Shown here piece after piece: positions 12,280-25,584 of a stretch of DNA of 64,000 nucleotides. The translations under genes and the position numbers were made by a program. Numbering within the stretch: position 1 is the first letter of the stretch; the number at the start of each line of letters is the position of its first letter. Under the pieces are notes generated by a model. That model was not told the DNA's origin, did not search any database, and worked only from the letters and a program-made list of their open reading frames with translations. The DNA is from Eremomyces bilateralis CBS 781.70 (lineage: Eukaryota). The stretch is taken from NCBI GenBank assembly GCA_010015585.1, contig ML975182.1; one strand, 5' to 3'.

Positions 12280-13296
12280 TGTGATGGAGTGGACTTCCAC
12301 CATGCACACAAGTCACCAGATTTGGGTCACGGGACTTACCACTTCATCACTTGTAGACTTTACAACCTCCTGTTGACGTAGACGTAGATTCTTCCCTCTT
12401 CATAGATGAATCTAACTTGTTACGTTACTACCTTGATTTTACATCATCCAGTATCAATCCGTGACACTATTCATCTATCTTCCCTGTGGAGATCCAGACA
12501 AATCTTCATCCGGAATATATCTCGAATCGATTCGTTGTATCGCTAGCCGACGTTTATCCGGAAGCTCCGATCGACGTTAATCCGGAAGCTCCGATCGACG
12601 TTACAACCAATACCCGAACTTCATACGTTCCTGGTAACCAATAGCCATCCATCAAGAAAGAACCGAATACGAATGATGTCGGACCAATCCGACGTCGACT
12701 ACGCCACTGCGGCTGGTGGCACCCAACAAACCACTCAAAGCACACTGCTCAACCCGAAATGAGCAAGCCAAGGGCGTTCATGCGACAACCCCATGTCCCG
12801 TCCAGAGCTAAGACGCAATCGATGGCCGCGGGGGTACAGTACCCCTCGCTGAAGAAGAATGAAAGATTTGCTCTCCTGCCTATCCTAGACGAACATACCA
12901 ATGACACGTCGGGAGTGCAAATCTACGAAGAACCACCGCCTCCCCCTGACTACTCGAGGTCTGAAGACAGCCCGCCTTACTACCTGAGCGTGGACGTGGA
13001 GCCAATCCAAGACACCCTCACACAGGAAGACTTCATCCTCCTATGTCAGAAGAGTCCTCAGAAGTGGTTCGATGCAGTGGCCAACACTGCCTTCCGCGCC
13101 TCTGCGTGACCCACAGGATGGAATTTGGACAATGGCAATGATGACGCATCGGGAGATCAGTAAGGTCTATAGAGAGCTCTTCGAGCAGGACGTAGCAGCC
13201 TTTGATTGGGCAAGTCTCCTGAGACGCGCGTGGGGATTCCGTGTTCGCACATCTAGATCCGGCGCGCCTCAGGGTAGGCCCGTTCCCGGTCAACGG
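12280..13296 (+). mobile_element. 5' part of a Ty3/gypsy-like LTR retrotransposon: LTR 12280-12466, leader and possible gag start
   Basis: TGTGATGGA...TCCGTGACA termini (187 bp). ATTCATCTAT (12469-12478) is complementary to ATAGATGAAT (12402-12411). 24-bp tandem repeat at about 12548-12602. ORF 12759-13109 is truncated. Confidence 0.65.
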
Positions 13297-13418
13297 ACCG
13301 CCACCTCGTATTTCGCCCAATTAGGCAAACCTGCGGCAGGTTTTTTTCTGCTCCATCGATGGACCCGATAATAACGCTCGCTGGCAGGTTCTCTGCTCCT
13401 CATTGTTATCACAATGGC
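13297..13418. mobile_element. Element 'A' second copy, right part
   Basis: Inverted identity with 6466-6587 over about 122 bp. Confidence 0.85.
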
Positions 13419-13480
13419 CCCTCTACATCGTCCAAACCACCATCGCTGATCGGATCTACGCTACCGCCGCCGTATACGGC

Positions 13481-14054
13481 AAGGGAGATACTGCATCTAC
13501 ATCCCAACCTGCCCTGCAACTACATCCCAGCCACGTGGCCTAGGAATACTGTGCTCTAATTGATCTATATCGAAAGTTCCTATAGCGCGGGCACCTGTAC
13601 CACCCATTCTAGGCACCCTTACCACCCGTTTTGGGCACCCCTACCACCCTTGTTGGACACCTCCACCACCTATTTTAGGCACTCCCCCCACCGACTTTAG
13701 ACCCCCATCGTCACCCATTTTAGGCACCCTCTATCATCCGTTTTCGGGCACTCCCAACCACCCGTTCTAGCGCCTGTGCCCAAAACGGGAGCCGGGAGTA
13801 ATAAACGGTATCCAAAATGGGTGATAGCAGGGCCTAGAATAGGTAGTGGAGGTGCCTAAAACAGGTGATGGGGGATGCCCAGAATATGTTGTAAGGGTGC
13901 CCGGAATAGGTGGTGGGGGTGCCCGCGCTGTAGTGATTTTCGAAGTAGACTAATCAGAGCACAGTATTCCTAGGTCACGTGGCTGGGATGTAGCTACAGG
14001 GCGGATTGGGATGTAGATGTAGTGTTTTAGGGATGTAGATGCAGCATCTCCCTT
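13481..14054. mobile_element. Foldback/MITE with long TIRs and internal ~20-bp repeats
   Basis: AAGGGAGATACTGCATCTACATCCC...GGGATGTAGATGCAGCATCTCCCTT ends. The arms also share GCCACGTG.CCTAGGAATACTGTGCTCT. Confidence 0.85.
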
Positions 14055-14348
14055 ATTTGATATTCAAGTTAATGTTTTGCAAGTTATTAGGACTTCAGCA
14101 ATAGCTTCCATTCCCTCAAATACCCTTCCTTCAAATTGTAAGTCAGTTGCACTGCCTACTCAGGCGACTATGTCCAAGCCACACTACTGTAGGTGAAGCG
14201 TGTCAGCTACCTTAAGTACAAGGCTTCAGTCGCACAGTTCTATAAACTAAGTTGTTTCGATTCTGTATTCCATATATTTCATACACAGAGAACAGAGTCA
14301 AGAGTGGGTGCCAACTCAAAGCTTCTGCACATTTTATCGAACACGGAA

Positions 14349-17174
14349 ATGGCCAAACTGTGCACTCTATGTGCGGCAGCTCATGCCAACTTCCTGCGAA
14401 GACGCTCGAGATATTCCGATGAGGAAACAGTGTTTTATTCCTGGCTCCGAAAAAGAAGCACGTCTCGCTGTCCGCTTTGTTGGTTATTTCGGAAGACCAC
14501 CTGGACATCCACGCCGGTGGTCTTATCACCCTGGCTAACCTTACGGGACGATGCAGAGCTACTTGTGAATTTAGAAATGGATGATTTGGCATGCATGCTA
14601 GGCTTCAGGTCTGATGCCGTTCAATATCGGGAAAAAGAATATGGTGAGAGCTCAGCTGAAAGCCTGGTGGGGGTCTTCGTAGATTGGTCTCGAATGAGCG
14701 AAGCGGACGAAACCTACGGGTTTATGAGGATGAGCGATAAGGTTGTAAACTTTCAACTTCTTCTCGAATGGTTACAGGAGTGTGACGAATGTTTCCCCGA
14801 GGCAAATGCACGGCAAATCCTGGATGACATGAATCGCAGGGCAACCGTGCCGCTCAATCTAATCGATTGCCATTCTCGCAAGGTAATAGAAGGGGACTGG
14901 TCCAGCAGATTTGCTGCATTAAGTTACGTTTGTAAGTGTCATATGCGCTACAGCAACTTCTTTATGAAGCCATCTGAATCACGACTGACAGAGTCAATAG
15001 GGGGCGAACCGCAGCAAAAGTCCGACCCTGGTGCATCTCGAGCAGTTGTGCCATATGGGTTGCCTGAACTGCTTCCTAAAGTTGTCGAGGATGCAATAAC
15101 AGTTATATTGAAAATGGGACTTCAGTTTCTTTGGGTTGACAGGTATTGTGTGGAAACCGATGCGACTGTTAAGCATCAGCAAATTGCTGCGATGGACCAA
15201 ATCTACTCGGGCGCAGTCTTCACAATTGTTGCGGCGGTAGGCCAAAGCGGCGATGAAGGTCTCCACGGGATTTCCGAGGTCCGAAAGGAAGCGCCATACG
15301 GCGTCGACGTTGGTCGATTTTCATACATTCAGATCAAAAGTGACCCATTGAAGAGGTTCCAGTGTTCCAAATATCAACAAAGAGGATGGTACGTCACTGT
15401 TTCAACCCTCTAAATGGCTACTTACATGCTTCTAGGACATATCAGGAATTCATCCTTTCCAGTCACTGCTTCATATTCGAGGCAGATCAAGTCGTTTTCT
15501 TGTGTCGAAACCGGGGCATCACCAAATACGAATTGAAGACTTTGCCATGCCCCTCGATAGCTCTGGATAGGAAGCATGTCGCCAATCACGATACTCCTAT
15601 CTTTGACCACCGTCTTCTCTCCTACGTCGTTTCCAGGGACCAGCAACAGCCATCTCTTGAACCATGGATGCATGCAACATTTCGCAAGTCGCCCAGGGCC
15701 CAGAAACTTCCGCCTCTTGAACCATGGATCCATTCAGCATTTCGCGAGGTGACAGAACCACCAAGCGAGACTGATGATCCAAACTCAGATGACAATATGA
15801 GTTATGGAGTCGATCACCAGGATGAATATGATATGGAGCTTAGAATGGAAGAGGATATTAGAGATGAGTACTGTCGCGGGCCAGGTCAACTGGACGAGGA
15901 TAACGTGATGGTAAATGCGTTGGATAGGGAGAACATATTCTGGAAGAAGAGGCTGGACGAGTACACGGAAGAACGTGGGACGATTCTACGGGAACAAGAA
16001 TTTGAAGAAGTACGGGCGCTTGAAGAGAAACGCATCAAAGAGCAGAAGCGGATTCATGATGAAAGTCGGGTCCAGAAGGAGCTCCGACAAAGGGAACTAT
16101 ATGAAGCCCAACAAGAGCAGGAGTGGGAACAAATGGATGAAGATATGAGGCAAGCGGAGATCCGAATTGAAGCACCTTTGTCGGGGGACGAGGCATGGGA
16201 TGAAATGTCGAGCGAGAACGAGCCCGAAGCGGGATCCGAATCCTGGCCGAGGGAGCGAAAACCAAAACTAGAGGAGTCCAAGGTTGCTTTTGTGCTCTCC
16301 GTTTTCGAACCATACATCAGGAACTACTCTTCTCGACAGCTCACGTACAGCTCCGACGCCCTTGCCGCGATCCTATCAATCCTACAGTTGTTTTCGAGTG
16401 CGGTCGCCGAATTCCGTACCTACTATGGAGTTCCATTTTACTATGGCACACCTCAGTCCAAGCCCCGTCTGCCTCTCTGTCCAAATCGCACTTATGTCCT
16501 GAACCTCGCCACAGGACTATGCTGGAGCCATGGGAATAGAGACCTGAAAGCTATAGTACGTCGAAATCCGCGATTCCCAAGCTGGAGCTGGCTAGGCTGG
16601 GAGGGACGGATTTCTGGGTGGCTGCCGGACCTATCCAAATCATTCATCCTTGCCTCTGATTCTATCTTCCAAAGAGATATAGATTTTAGCAATTCTGACG
16701 CTGAGCTCGAGCAGAGATCCTTGGGACGGATAGCACCCCCCAAGTTAAGCATTCAAGCAAGTTGTTGGTCCCTCACATTCCGCTGGGGCAGAAACGACAA
16801 GTCTCTCTTTCCAGATCCAAATCCAGGATATCTCGATGCCACTCAGCTGATCTCAAGGGCAGATTCGGATAGTTTTGATCAAGGTTACTACATGGAAAAC
16901 CCAGACAATCCTCTCCAGGAAGCGCGATTGGAATTATCTTGGTGCTCCATTCCGGGCCAGGACCTTCACGCTCGCCTTTGCCGTGAGAATTGGATTGGAG
17001 TGCCCCCTGGCTTCTAAGAGAAACAACAAGCAGACACCGGACGACATATATATGCTGGTCGTTGGGAGAATCTATCCAGAACATGGCGATCTGGAACGTA
17101 TTGGCATTATTGTGATACCGCAGTCCTTTCTGTATGGCCAGATACCACAGAAGCGACAGTTTTGGTTGGGTTGA
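14349..17174 (+). CDS. HET-domain (heterokaryon incompatibility, TIR-related) protein with a frameshift near the C-terminus
   Basis: LNLIDC, FAALSYVW|G, LPKVVEDAI, LWVDRYCV, MDQIYSGA, RGW|TYQE, YSSRQLT, FPSWSWLGW. Introns 14932-15000 and 15389-15435. An extra C in 17003-17007 shifts off the ..ERIG..WLG tail. Confidence 0.85.
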
Positions 17175-18255
17175 AAAGATTCCAATGGTACTTTCGCCGA
17201 TTCCCTAAGTCATGGGCTTCGCTCTCACGCAGAATCGAGGCGCAGCGAATATTTCCACATTTTCAGGGCGCATGGTCGATTGGTTGCCTTGATCCAGGCG
17301 CGACGGGCCGAGAAAGAATAGCGGGGAAACTATCTTCCTGTGCCCTCAGTTCAAGTTCATGAGGCTGCGCTGGTATATGAACTTGACATTCGACAAGTCA
17401 TGATACCAATGACCAGATACAAACCAGTTTCACCGCACGAGAATGATACAATCCCGACCCCCTGGGCGGCTAGGCCACATGGCATGTCTGTATTCAGCTT
17501 GCAGGGTTCCGACCGGCGCGAATGGGACTAAAACCGAATCAGAAGGAGTTTCCGCAGATCCTCGGCGAGATGAGACGAGACGATGATGACGCAGTTGATC
17601 TGAACAGTTGACGCCCACAGGGACGCGACATGGCCGTCCATGACCGAATCAGGACAATTACATCGTCTCAAAGCCTGGAAGTTGTCGCCCTTAGCCAACA
17701 TCCTCGCCCTCTGGGCCGAAGATAGAAACCTCTCAGCTGACTCGTATTATTATCTCATCAGGTTGGATCACCCTCGTTTTGAATCCTCCTCGTTGTGAAG
17801 CTCACGGCCTTGCCGGTCAATCAGCCTTTCTACTATTCAGTTGTCAGTCGTTCCCCGCGTTCTTATACTCTGCTATTGCTTTTTTATACGCACGTCCTCT
17901 CTTATTCTTCATCCATCTCCCTCCTTTACTCGTTTGACGACTCACACGAGCATAAACTCGAGTCGATTGCTGTAAGATACCACCGCTGACATACAAGAGC
18001 CTGCGATTCATTGGACGCCATCGCAAGCCCATTTTGGGAGCTTGCAGCTTGCAGCCATCCAGCTGGACGCTGCATACTTCACCATCTCATTGTCACTGGA
18101 TTTTGTTGTCCAACTCCGCCAATCTGCTCCTCTGCCTTGCGCAAGGTTACCAACCATTCCCCCACTTCACCAGTCTTGATAAACCATCCTACACTCTCAT
18201 TGTTCCATCCAACCCATCCTCATGTAAATCATCAACAACAAAGCCCCATCTCACC

Positions 18256-20845
18256 ATGGCCTACTACGACAGCGGCATCAACATGGGGCCAGACCAGCAT
18301 ACATATCCCCCTAAATCAGGACACGACTATTCGCCCGAGTACCCTCCCGCTTCCGACACTTCGCACCATTACGCCTCGCCCTCCGCGTCCTACGTCCCGT
18401 CCTCTGAGCTTGGCGGTCGTCCGCGTGCCTTGTCCAACATCGCTCCCGACGCTTCCATGCCTCCTCCTCCATCACCTCCAGTGCAATCGCAAAGACAGGT
18501 TCCGCCGCTCCAGCCACTACACCAACAGCCCGGATCAAGTCCCGCACAGCAGCCTATATACGATGCTGTTAATCATGTCTTCGACAATGCTGCTCGGTCG
18601 AACCAGCTCCCGAACGACATTATCTCCCAGATCGCGGAGCAGGTGCGCACCCAGGTCATTGACAGTTTGAAATCCGAAGGACTGGCGTATCAGCCTCCGA
18701 ATAGCACTCAACCGTCATTTCCTTCGCAGCAGGTCCCGCTAGCACATCAGCAACAGTCATTTAATCCTCGCACCAGAACTAACCCATCCCCGCCATCTTT
18801 CACACCTCGAACGACCGTCTATACTCCACCGTCCCCACACGGCCACGGTCAGTTCCCCAGTGGTTCAGTTACCCCAGAACCCCCAGCGCACGACCCACAT
18901 TTTTATAGCCACAAGGAAGATGCTTCGCCACCCAAGCGAGAAGAATCGCAAGTGAAGAAGGAGGATCTTTCGGAAATATATGGTGAGCGAACAGCATCTT
19001 CCGTTGAAAATTCTTGGTCCAGTCAGAATCGTCCGGAGAAACCGCAGCGAGTAATGACAAATGAGGAGGAGACGACACTGGAGAAGATCTGGCAGCCCTT
19101 TTTCGATTTGGATGGAAATCCAACGGCAAGACTGGGCCAGTTCCTAAGGGGAATTGCGCTTCACATCGTATGTACCAACCGATTCGGGAGAAGGATCAGA
19201 TTAGCCAACCGCATTTGTAGATTGAGGACTACAAACCAAAGAAGAGTCTTGTCATCACGCCAGCCAAGATGCAACGCTTCTACGAAGAAGTGAAGGTCAC
19301 AGACGAAATATATCCTTGGAACAGTAAGCCCAATCGATCGATTACCGTGGGAATATCGACATGCTCATGCCCAGGACAGCTATCTTTGGCAAGCTCAGCA
19401 ATTCTGCGGTTTGCAAAATTTATCGCCACCTCCACTGCCAGCACCACCTCGTTCAAGAATCATACGGCGATGTTCCTTTCATTCCCGCGCTCACCCCAGA
19501 CGGCTTCCAGACCTGGATGACGCTCATGATTCAAGGACACGTTGAACTGGAATTTGCACGACTTGCGAAAGTCCTTGTCGCATTTCCTATCGGCAATGCC
19601 GATGACCGCAAAGAGCGATTTCCAAAGGAACTCTCTCGGCGCCTACTTCCAAAAGTCGATAATATGCATGCCAAGCAGCGCTGCGTCGCTGCCATCTCCA
19701 CTGACCCGCTTGTGACTGTCCGTGATTCCGTCTCATTCCCCCCACCGCCGCCCACTCAACCGCCTTCAAGCTACGACGCCGCACAAGATCGCACACACCT
19801 CGGTTCCCAATCCTCTACAACCTCTAGCATACCTCCGCATGAGCCTAGTGCCCCGCCCTCCCGAACCCATGTAAAAGAAGACCATAAGGACACTCCTCCA
19901 GTATCCTTCAAGGAGCGCGAACGAAAACCCTACGTGGCCAAAGAAGGCCTGGGGAAAATCTACAACGACCCCGCGCTCTCCAACCATATTACCCAGCCAT
20001 ATAACTACACCGGTTCTACCCAACCGCCAACTAACCACCATCCTCCTCCCTCAACCGCCATCTCCATCCCTCAACCATCATCAGCCACGCAAGCACCCAA
20101 CCCATCATCCACTCGTGCCCGCCGCTCGGACTCTACGGCAAAATCCTACACCCCCTCCACCGCGCCCATCGGCATCCCCCTATCGACCGCCACCTCTGGT
20201 TCTAGCGCACGTGATGTCTCGATGAGTGCAACGGAGAACGACTGGTATGGCACCTCACCGATGACGGGGTTGGGGGCAGAGTACAGCGGGCGATATCGCC
20301 CCGGGAGTGCCTCGAAGCCAGGAGGTGGGGAATCGGCGTGGCCTAGCAGCCCGGGGTCGAGCTATCCGGGAGGTGGTGCCACTACAAGGGATAAGGCGAG
20401 GTTGAGCGTTGGGGGAGGTGCAGGATCGATGCCTGGGGCCGTAACGGGGGCGTATACGCGAAGCGAGGGGACGGTGCATGATATCCCGGCGGGGTACTAC
20501 CAGAGTAATTTGTATGCAGAGGAGGGAAGGGCAGATGAGGTAGATGGGATGAGAGTGGGCATGACTACGGAGGAGAGGTGGAGTGCACGGGAGAGGGAAG
20601 ACGAAAGGGAGCGAGATAGACGCGACTATGCACAATGTGTGGCTGAAGAGGAGGGAAGATATCCGGTTGATAGGTATGAAAAACCGGGGAAGTACGAGGA
20701 TGGTGGGTATGCCTGGGCGAAGGAGCGCGAGAGAGATTGGGATAGGGGTCGGGAAAGGGACAGTTACAGGGAGAGGGAGAGGACTAGGGAAAGAGAGCGA
20801 GATAGGAGCGGTGGATATTACGATGACCGACGCAAGTATTACTGA
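18256..20845 (+). CDS. Pro-rich fungal protein with a conserved central domain (DUF7514-type) and an RD/RE-rich tail
   Basis: EETTLEKIWQPFFD..PTARLGQFLRGIALHI, CQHHLVQ..IPALTPDGFQTWM, NADDRKERFPKELSRRL. Introns about 19168-19220 and 19324-19379. Confidence 0.75.
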
Positions 20846-21237
20846 GTTCCCTCGGTCGTGTGGGCGCTGGCTCCTCCCTTTCGTACATCTATTTCTCTAT
20901 CTGGTTCCGGGACCCCGGTTCATGTATCTGTAGAACTTTTTGACGGTTTCTTTCATAGCTATAGACTGTTTTATGTCTTTCATTCGAGATACCAAGGCTT
21001 TTGGAGTGGGAGGATATTTGCTGAGATGAATTGTGCGAAGATAGCAATGTGGTATTATCTAAATAATCATGCAAAGCGCCAATATTCCGCCTATGCATAC
21101 AACCTTGGACGTGACTTCATAACGAGGATATAAAACGCCACTGTAGACCACCAACGCTGAGCCACCAGTTCAAATATAAAACCCCGCAACAAATGTCCCC
21201 TACGCCACCTGTCACTTCACCCCCGCCTCCCGAAAAC

Positions 21238-23279
21238 TCACTCATCACCTGCCTGATCTCCATCATCCACCCAACCATCCTCTCCAGCATTACCCTCCCC
21301 AGCTCCCCCTTTCGCCGCGTCAGCTCTCCCCTCACCCGCCCCCACTCCTTTCCACGGATCGGACATACTCCTCTTGCCCCTCCTCGGCGTCATCCCTCCC
21401 CGTCTCCCCCACCTCCTTCCAAGCATTGGCCTCCCGCCCACGCTACCTGGTCCACCACGCGGATGCGGACCAAACGGCAGAGAGAAAGGAAAGCTACCCG
21501 GTGGACCGCCACCCCCGAAGTCTGGATCGAGGCCCATGCCCATGCCCATTCCCATCATCGGGTGTCCAAACATGTTGCCGAGTCCCCAGGGGGGCATGCT
21601 GGAGGAGGGATCGTGTCCAGGGTCAGGGTGGATTCCTGGTTGGCCAGGGGTGTGCGGGGGCGGCTGGCCCTGGGTCGGGTAGGGTTGGGGAGGCGGTTGG
21701 TTAGGGTGGCCGAATAAAGGGTGTTGCTGCGTCGAGGGGTCGTATGGGGGAGGGAACGGATGCGGTGGATGTGCTTGAGGTGGAGGTGCTTGGGCACCTG
21801 CACGAGAGGAGCGGGATGGAGGACGCGGGAAGGGTGGGTATGGCGGTGGTGGAATTGGAGGGATCTTGTCTCCGGGTTTTGTGGACTGTCGCGGCGGCGG
21901 TCGTTTCTTTTCATCTTTCGGGGACGCATGTTGGGAGGGGGGTTGCGGCTTGGATTTGGAGGATTTCTTGCCGTTGCCGTTGTAGTTGCGTTTGCGGTTC
22001 GGTCGATCTAAGACGATGTTAGTTAGTTATGGATATTGGCGGGTAGATAGACACCGACGTGACGGGGCTGTCAAGCAGGAGGCTAGATATCATGATCGAA
22101 GTCCTCACCAGGATCGCCCAGCCCGCCTCCTCCAAAGTCATCCAAATCATTCAACCCGTTGCGTCCGCCGCGCATGAACGCGTCCGGATCATCCATCTCC
22201 AGCCCCACTCCGCCCCGGCCTCCAAATCCAAATCTCCCTCCCCCCTGACCTCGCCCACCACCAGGGCCAGACCGCCCGAACCGCTGTCGTCGCCCGAACG
22301 GGTGCTCCATACCCATATTCATACCACCGCCTTGCATTCCCGAGTCGTCGCCGAACATATCATCCCACCCACCTCCTCCATCACGTAGGCCGCCCATTCG
22401 ACCGCCCATGCCGCCCATGCCACCCATACCGCCCATCCCCGCCCCAGTCATGCGCCTTCTACCAGAGGACATTCGATTCACCCCTGGCCATGACCCTCCC
22501 ATAGCCATATCTTCCTCCCCGCCACCGTCCAAGTCCCCAAAATCACCACCACCACCACCACCACCTACTCCTCTCCGTCGCCCGCGCTGCCTTCCCCCAA
22601 ACGGGTTCGGTCCCTCTCGTACCTCCCTTTGGAGCCCATTAACCCGCTTCCCCAGCCCCTTAACCTTCCGCTCCAACCGCTCGATCGGCTCCGTATCGTC
22701 CGCGCCGCCTCGCAACTTAGTATTCCTCCCGCTCCATCCCCCATTTCCATTGCCGCCTCCGCATCCGCCTCCGTTGTCTCGGGTGGAACCAAAGCGACTC
22801 CGGCCACCGCCGCCATGCCCGCGGGGACATCCGCCCGGCCCCAACTCGAACTCGAAGTCGTCGTCGCCGATCCTCCCGGTGCCGGTCACCCGATCTTTGC
22901 AGCCGCATTTCTCTTTGCATCCACAGGCGCAGTCATGGCCGCACTCGCATTCGCCGTCCTTGCAGCCGCCACAGTCGGCGGAGCCTCCGCCTCCGCCTCG
23001 TAGTCCCATTCTCCTCCTACCACGACTGCCTCCTCCGCCGTCGTATATACCGTCTGCTCCACACGTACATGGGTTAGAGTATGCCGCGGGGGCTGACCGG
23101 TATCGTGGTCTGCGGGGAGGATAGGTGTATGGGCCGTAGGGATCGTAGACCGGGTCGTAATAGTGTCGACTGCCAGTGTACTGGTATCGGTAGGGCTCGC
23201 GAGGCGTTGGTGGAGGGGAGGGGTAGCGGCGGAAGGTTGTGGTGGGCTTCGAGGGAGTGCGGGAGTAAGGGATGCCCAT
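21238..23279 (-). CDS. Gly/Pro/Met-rich low-complexity protein with a Cys cluster and LRGG/RGG motifs
   Basis: A phase-1 intron 22008-22108 (GTGAGG..ACTAAC..TAG) joins ORF 22083-23498 in frame to the frame ending at 21238. Start codon uncertain. Confidence 0.6.
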
Positions 23280-24399
23280 TGGGCGAGCGTAGGGTTTGCG
23301 ACGGGGAACAGCTGTGGATGGCTGAGAAGGAATAGCGAATACTACAGCGCGTTTGAGCGTGTCATCTGGGGCTGGGGTGATTGAATAAGATGCAATCAAA
23401 GGCCACGTCTGATTAGAATGAGATGAAGAAGGGAAATGACTTGCATTTTCATTGTCATTTAGAAAACGGAAGCTGCCTGCCGTTTTATTGGACTCCACTC
23501 GTGTCTGCAGGTCGACGATTGTTTGTGCATAGTAGCATGTGTTCGGCTTGAGTTAGGTGCAATTGTTTGCTCGATGCTTGTAGGCGTCGGGTTGAACTGG
23601 GATATTAGGCCGCTTGGTCTAGGATCTAGACGGCTCTGTACCACTCGAGTGTGAAATCCAGTTGGCCCTCCTATTGGGGATATTAACCTCGAAGTGTCGC
23701 ATGTCCGGCGTCTTTCATACCGACTGTCTTTAATCTTATGTTGCCAGGAAAGGAGGAATAATTCTACGGCGTAAATATTTCCTTTCCGGACCAGTGAGCT
23801 GCCTCGTTTAGGCGCCTCAATGCTGCCACGTCCATGCTCTTTCTCTCAGTTCGCAGTCTCTTCGCTTATGCACGGTCGTTTGTTGTTGCGCCAGAGATTC
23901 AAATTTCGATTCTAGTTCAGATGACGATCTGTAGCTCTAACGTGTCGGGTCGACTGTGTATCTATGCTGGCCCAGGAAGTTGAAGGTAAGGTTGGCAATG
24001 GTGGAGAGGTGTCGCGATCATAAGCAACGATAATCAAAGGAGTTTGGCGCAGCGCGAATATTTGCCAAGCATCAAAACGCATGTCGTGACAACCGAATCG
24101 ACTTTTTCCGACAGATTAATATTGAAACAAGCGACTAAACGGCGATAAAGGCGATAGATAAATGATATTAACACCAAGCAGACTGGACGCCAATGGGACG
24201 AGTATTGAGCGATGAGATGGAAGAATAATGAAAGCAACTGCATCAGTACAACCACTTTGTTCAAGGACAGGATTTATCTCTAGACACAATGACTCAGCTC
24301 GTGTTTCCTACAGATATTCAAGGGCCAGTGCATAACTGGTTGCCCAACCGCGCACGTCGAGGGCTGCTTGATAGGACTCGGTGAGTTTGGCAGCACACT

Positions 24400-25584
24400 T
24401 TCCTGGCAATCGTTTGGATCTCTCGCGGATTTCGATATCGAAAATATATCAACAATTCATGATACAGGATCTGAATCCCACTTGGAACCGAAAGGTGAGA
24501 GATAATGCTTGGAGCTCAGAGCTGTCTGTACGTTCGAATTCCGAAGTCCATGACTACGGAGGAACGGCGTGTCTTCCAGGTTGTACCACAAGAACTACGG
24601 GTTTCATCGCATCCAACTGATGCGTCTAGAACACCGCATTTGGGAACATTCGAGAGTTCATATGCCCAAAGTTGAGCTGCCAACATAGGATTTGAAGGAT
24701 GGTTGTTGACATGGACTGACGTTGAAGAGGAGCTAAGGACGGGTTTGACCCACAATTCCTTTCGATTTCTAGTCTCCCCACACAAGGATTTTGTTCCGCC
24801 TTTCAAATTTCATGAACTCTCTCAGGTCCCCAATCCCGAGTCCATCACTCTCAGATTGGGATCTGGGCCTTCCTCAATCTTTTGTGATTATGAAAAGGAC
24901 TCCATGTCTTACCATGCCTGTGTCGAAGCTCAAAGTTAGACATCCCGGATAGCTAATGGCGAATACAAAAGCCACTCTCGCTCCTTGCTAGATGTGGTCC
25001 GAAAGCTTCCCGTTGACCCTCCCATCACACCAGGCATTTGGCAGCTGTGCATTCCATCGATGCCTGAGCTATAGCTTGCCTTATTCCTCGTTTGGACAAC
25101 CTGATACGATGTGCTTGTTCTCGAGGAACCAAGGAAGGTAAATGCGCCTATTATTTGAGGATATGTCGAGATGATGTTCTCCACGGGGTGACACTCGATG
25201 TCCAATCGTCGAGCTGCTCGGTTGAAACCATCAGATGATTCTGAAGTCCAACGTAGAGGCCCAGAAAATTGGACTCGGTCGCTGTACGACAGCGGTTGAA
25301 TCTATAGTCTTCCTTGGTTTGGGGGTCGCTTGGAAGTATTTCCTTCCCAACCGCGACTTCTAGGGTCTTTGCGGCTGTCATCGTGTGGCCAGGGCACGAC
25401 TTTTCTCTTGCGCATCTTGCACTACGGTACCAGGGCTTAGTACTTTCATAATAGGAGCACTTCCAGGACACTTCCATCGGTTTATGGTAGCAAATGCAAT
25501 AGCCAACAATGCCCCCTCCGGCAGAACCCTGGGTGGTGCAGGGGTCCTGATCACTGGGCAATGAAAGATAGATTTGGTATGCAA
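24400..25584 (-). pseudogene. Degenerate MYND-finger-associated fungal gene
   Basis: Eroded Cys motifs (..WYRSARC), PSDPQTKEDYRFNRC..FLGLYVGL and later SVVMDFG, spread over several frames with stops. Confidence 0.55.

Noticed and set aside
22408..23124. Pro-rich plus-strand ORF
   Set aside because: Antisense of the Gly-rich gene, whose strand is supported by splice signals.
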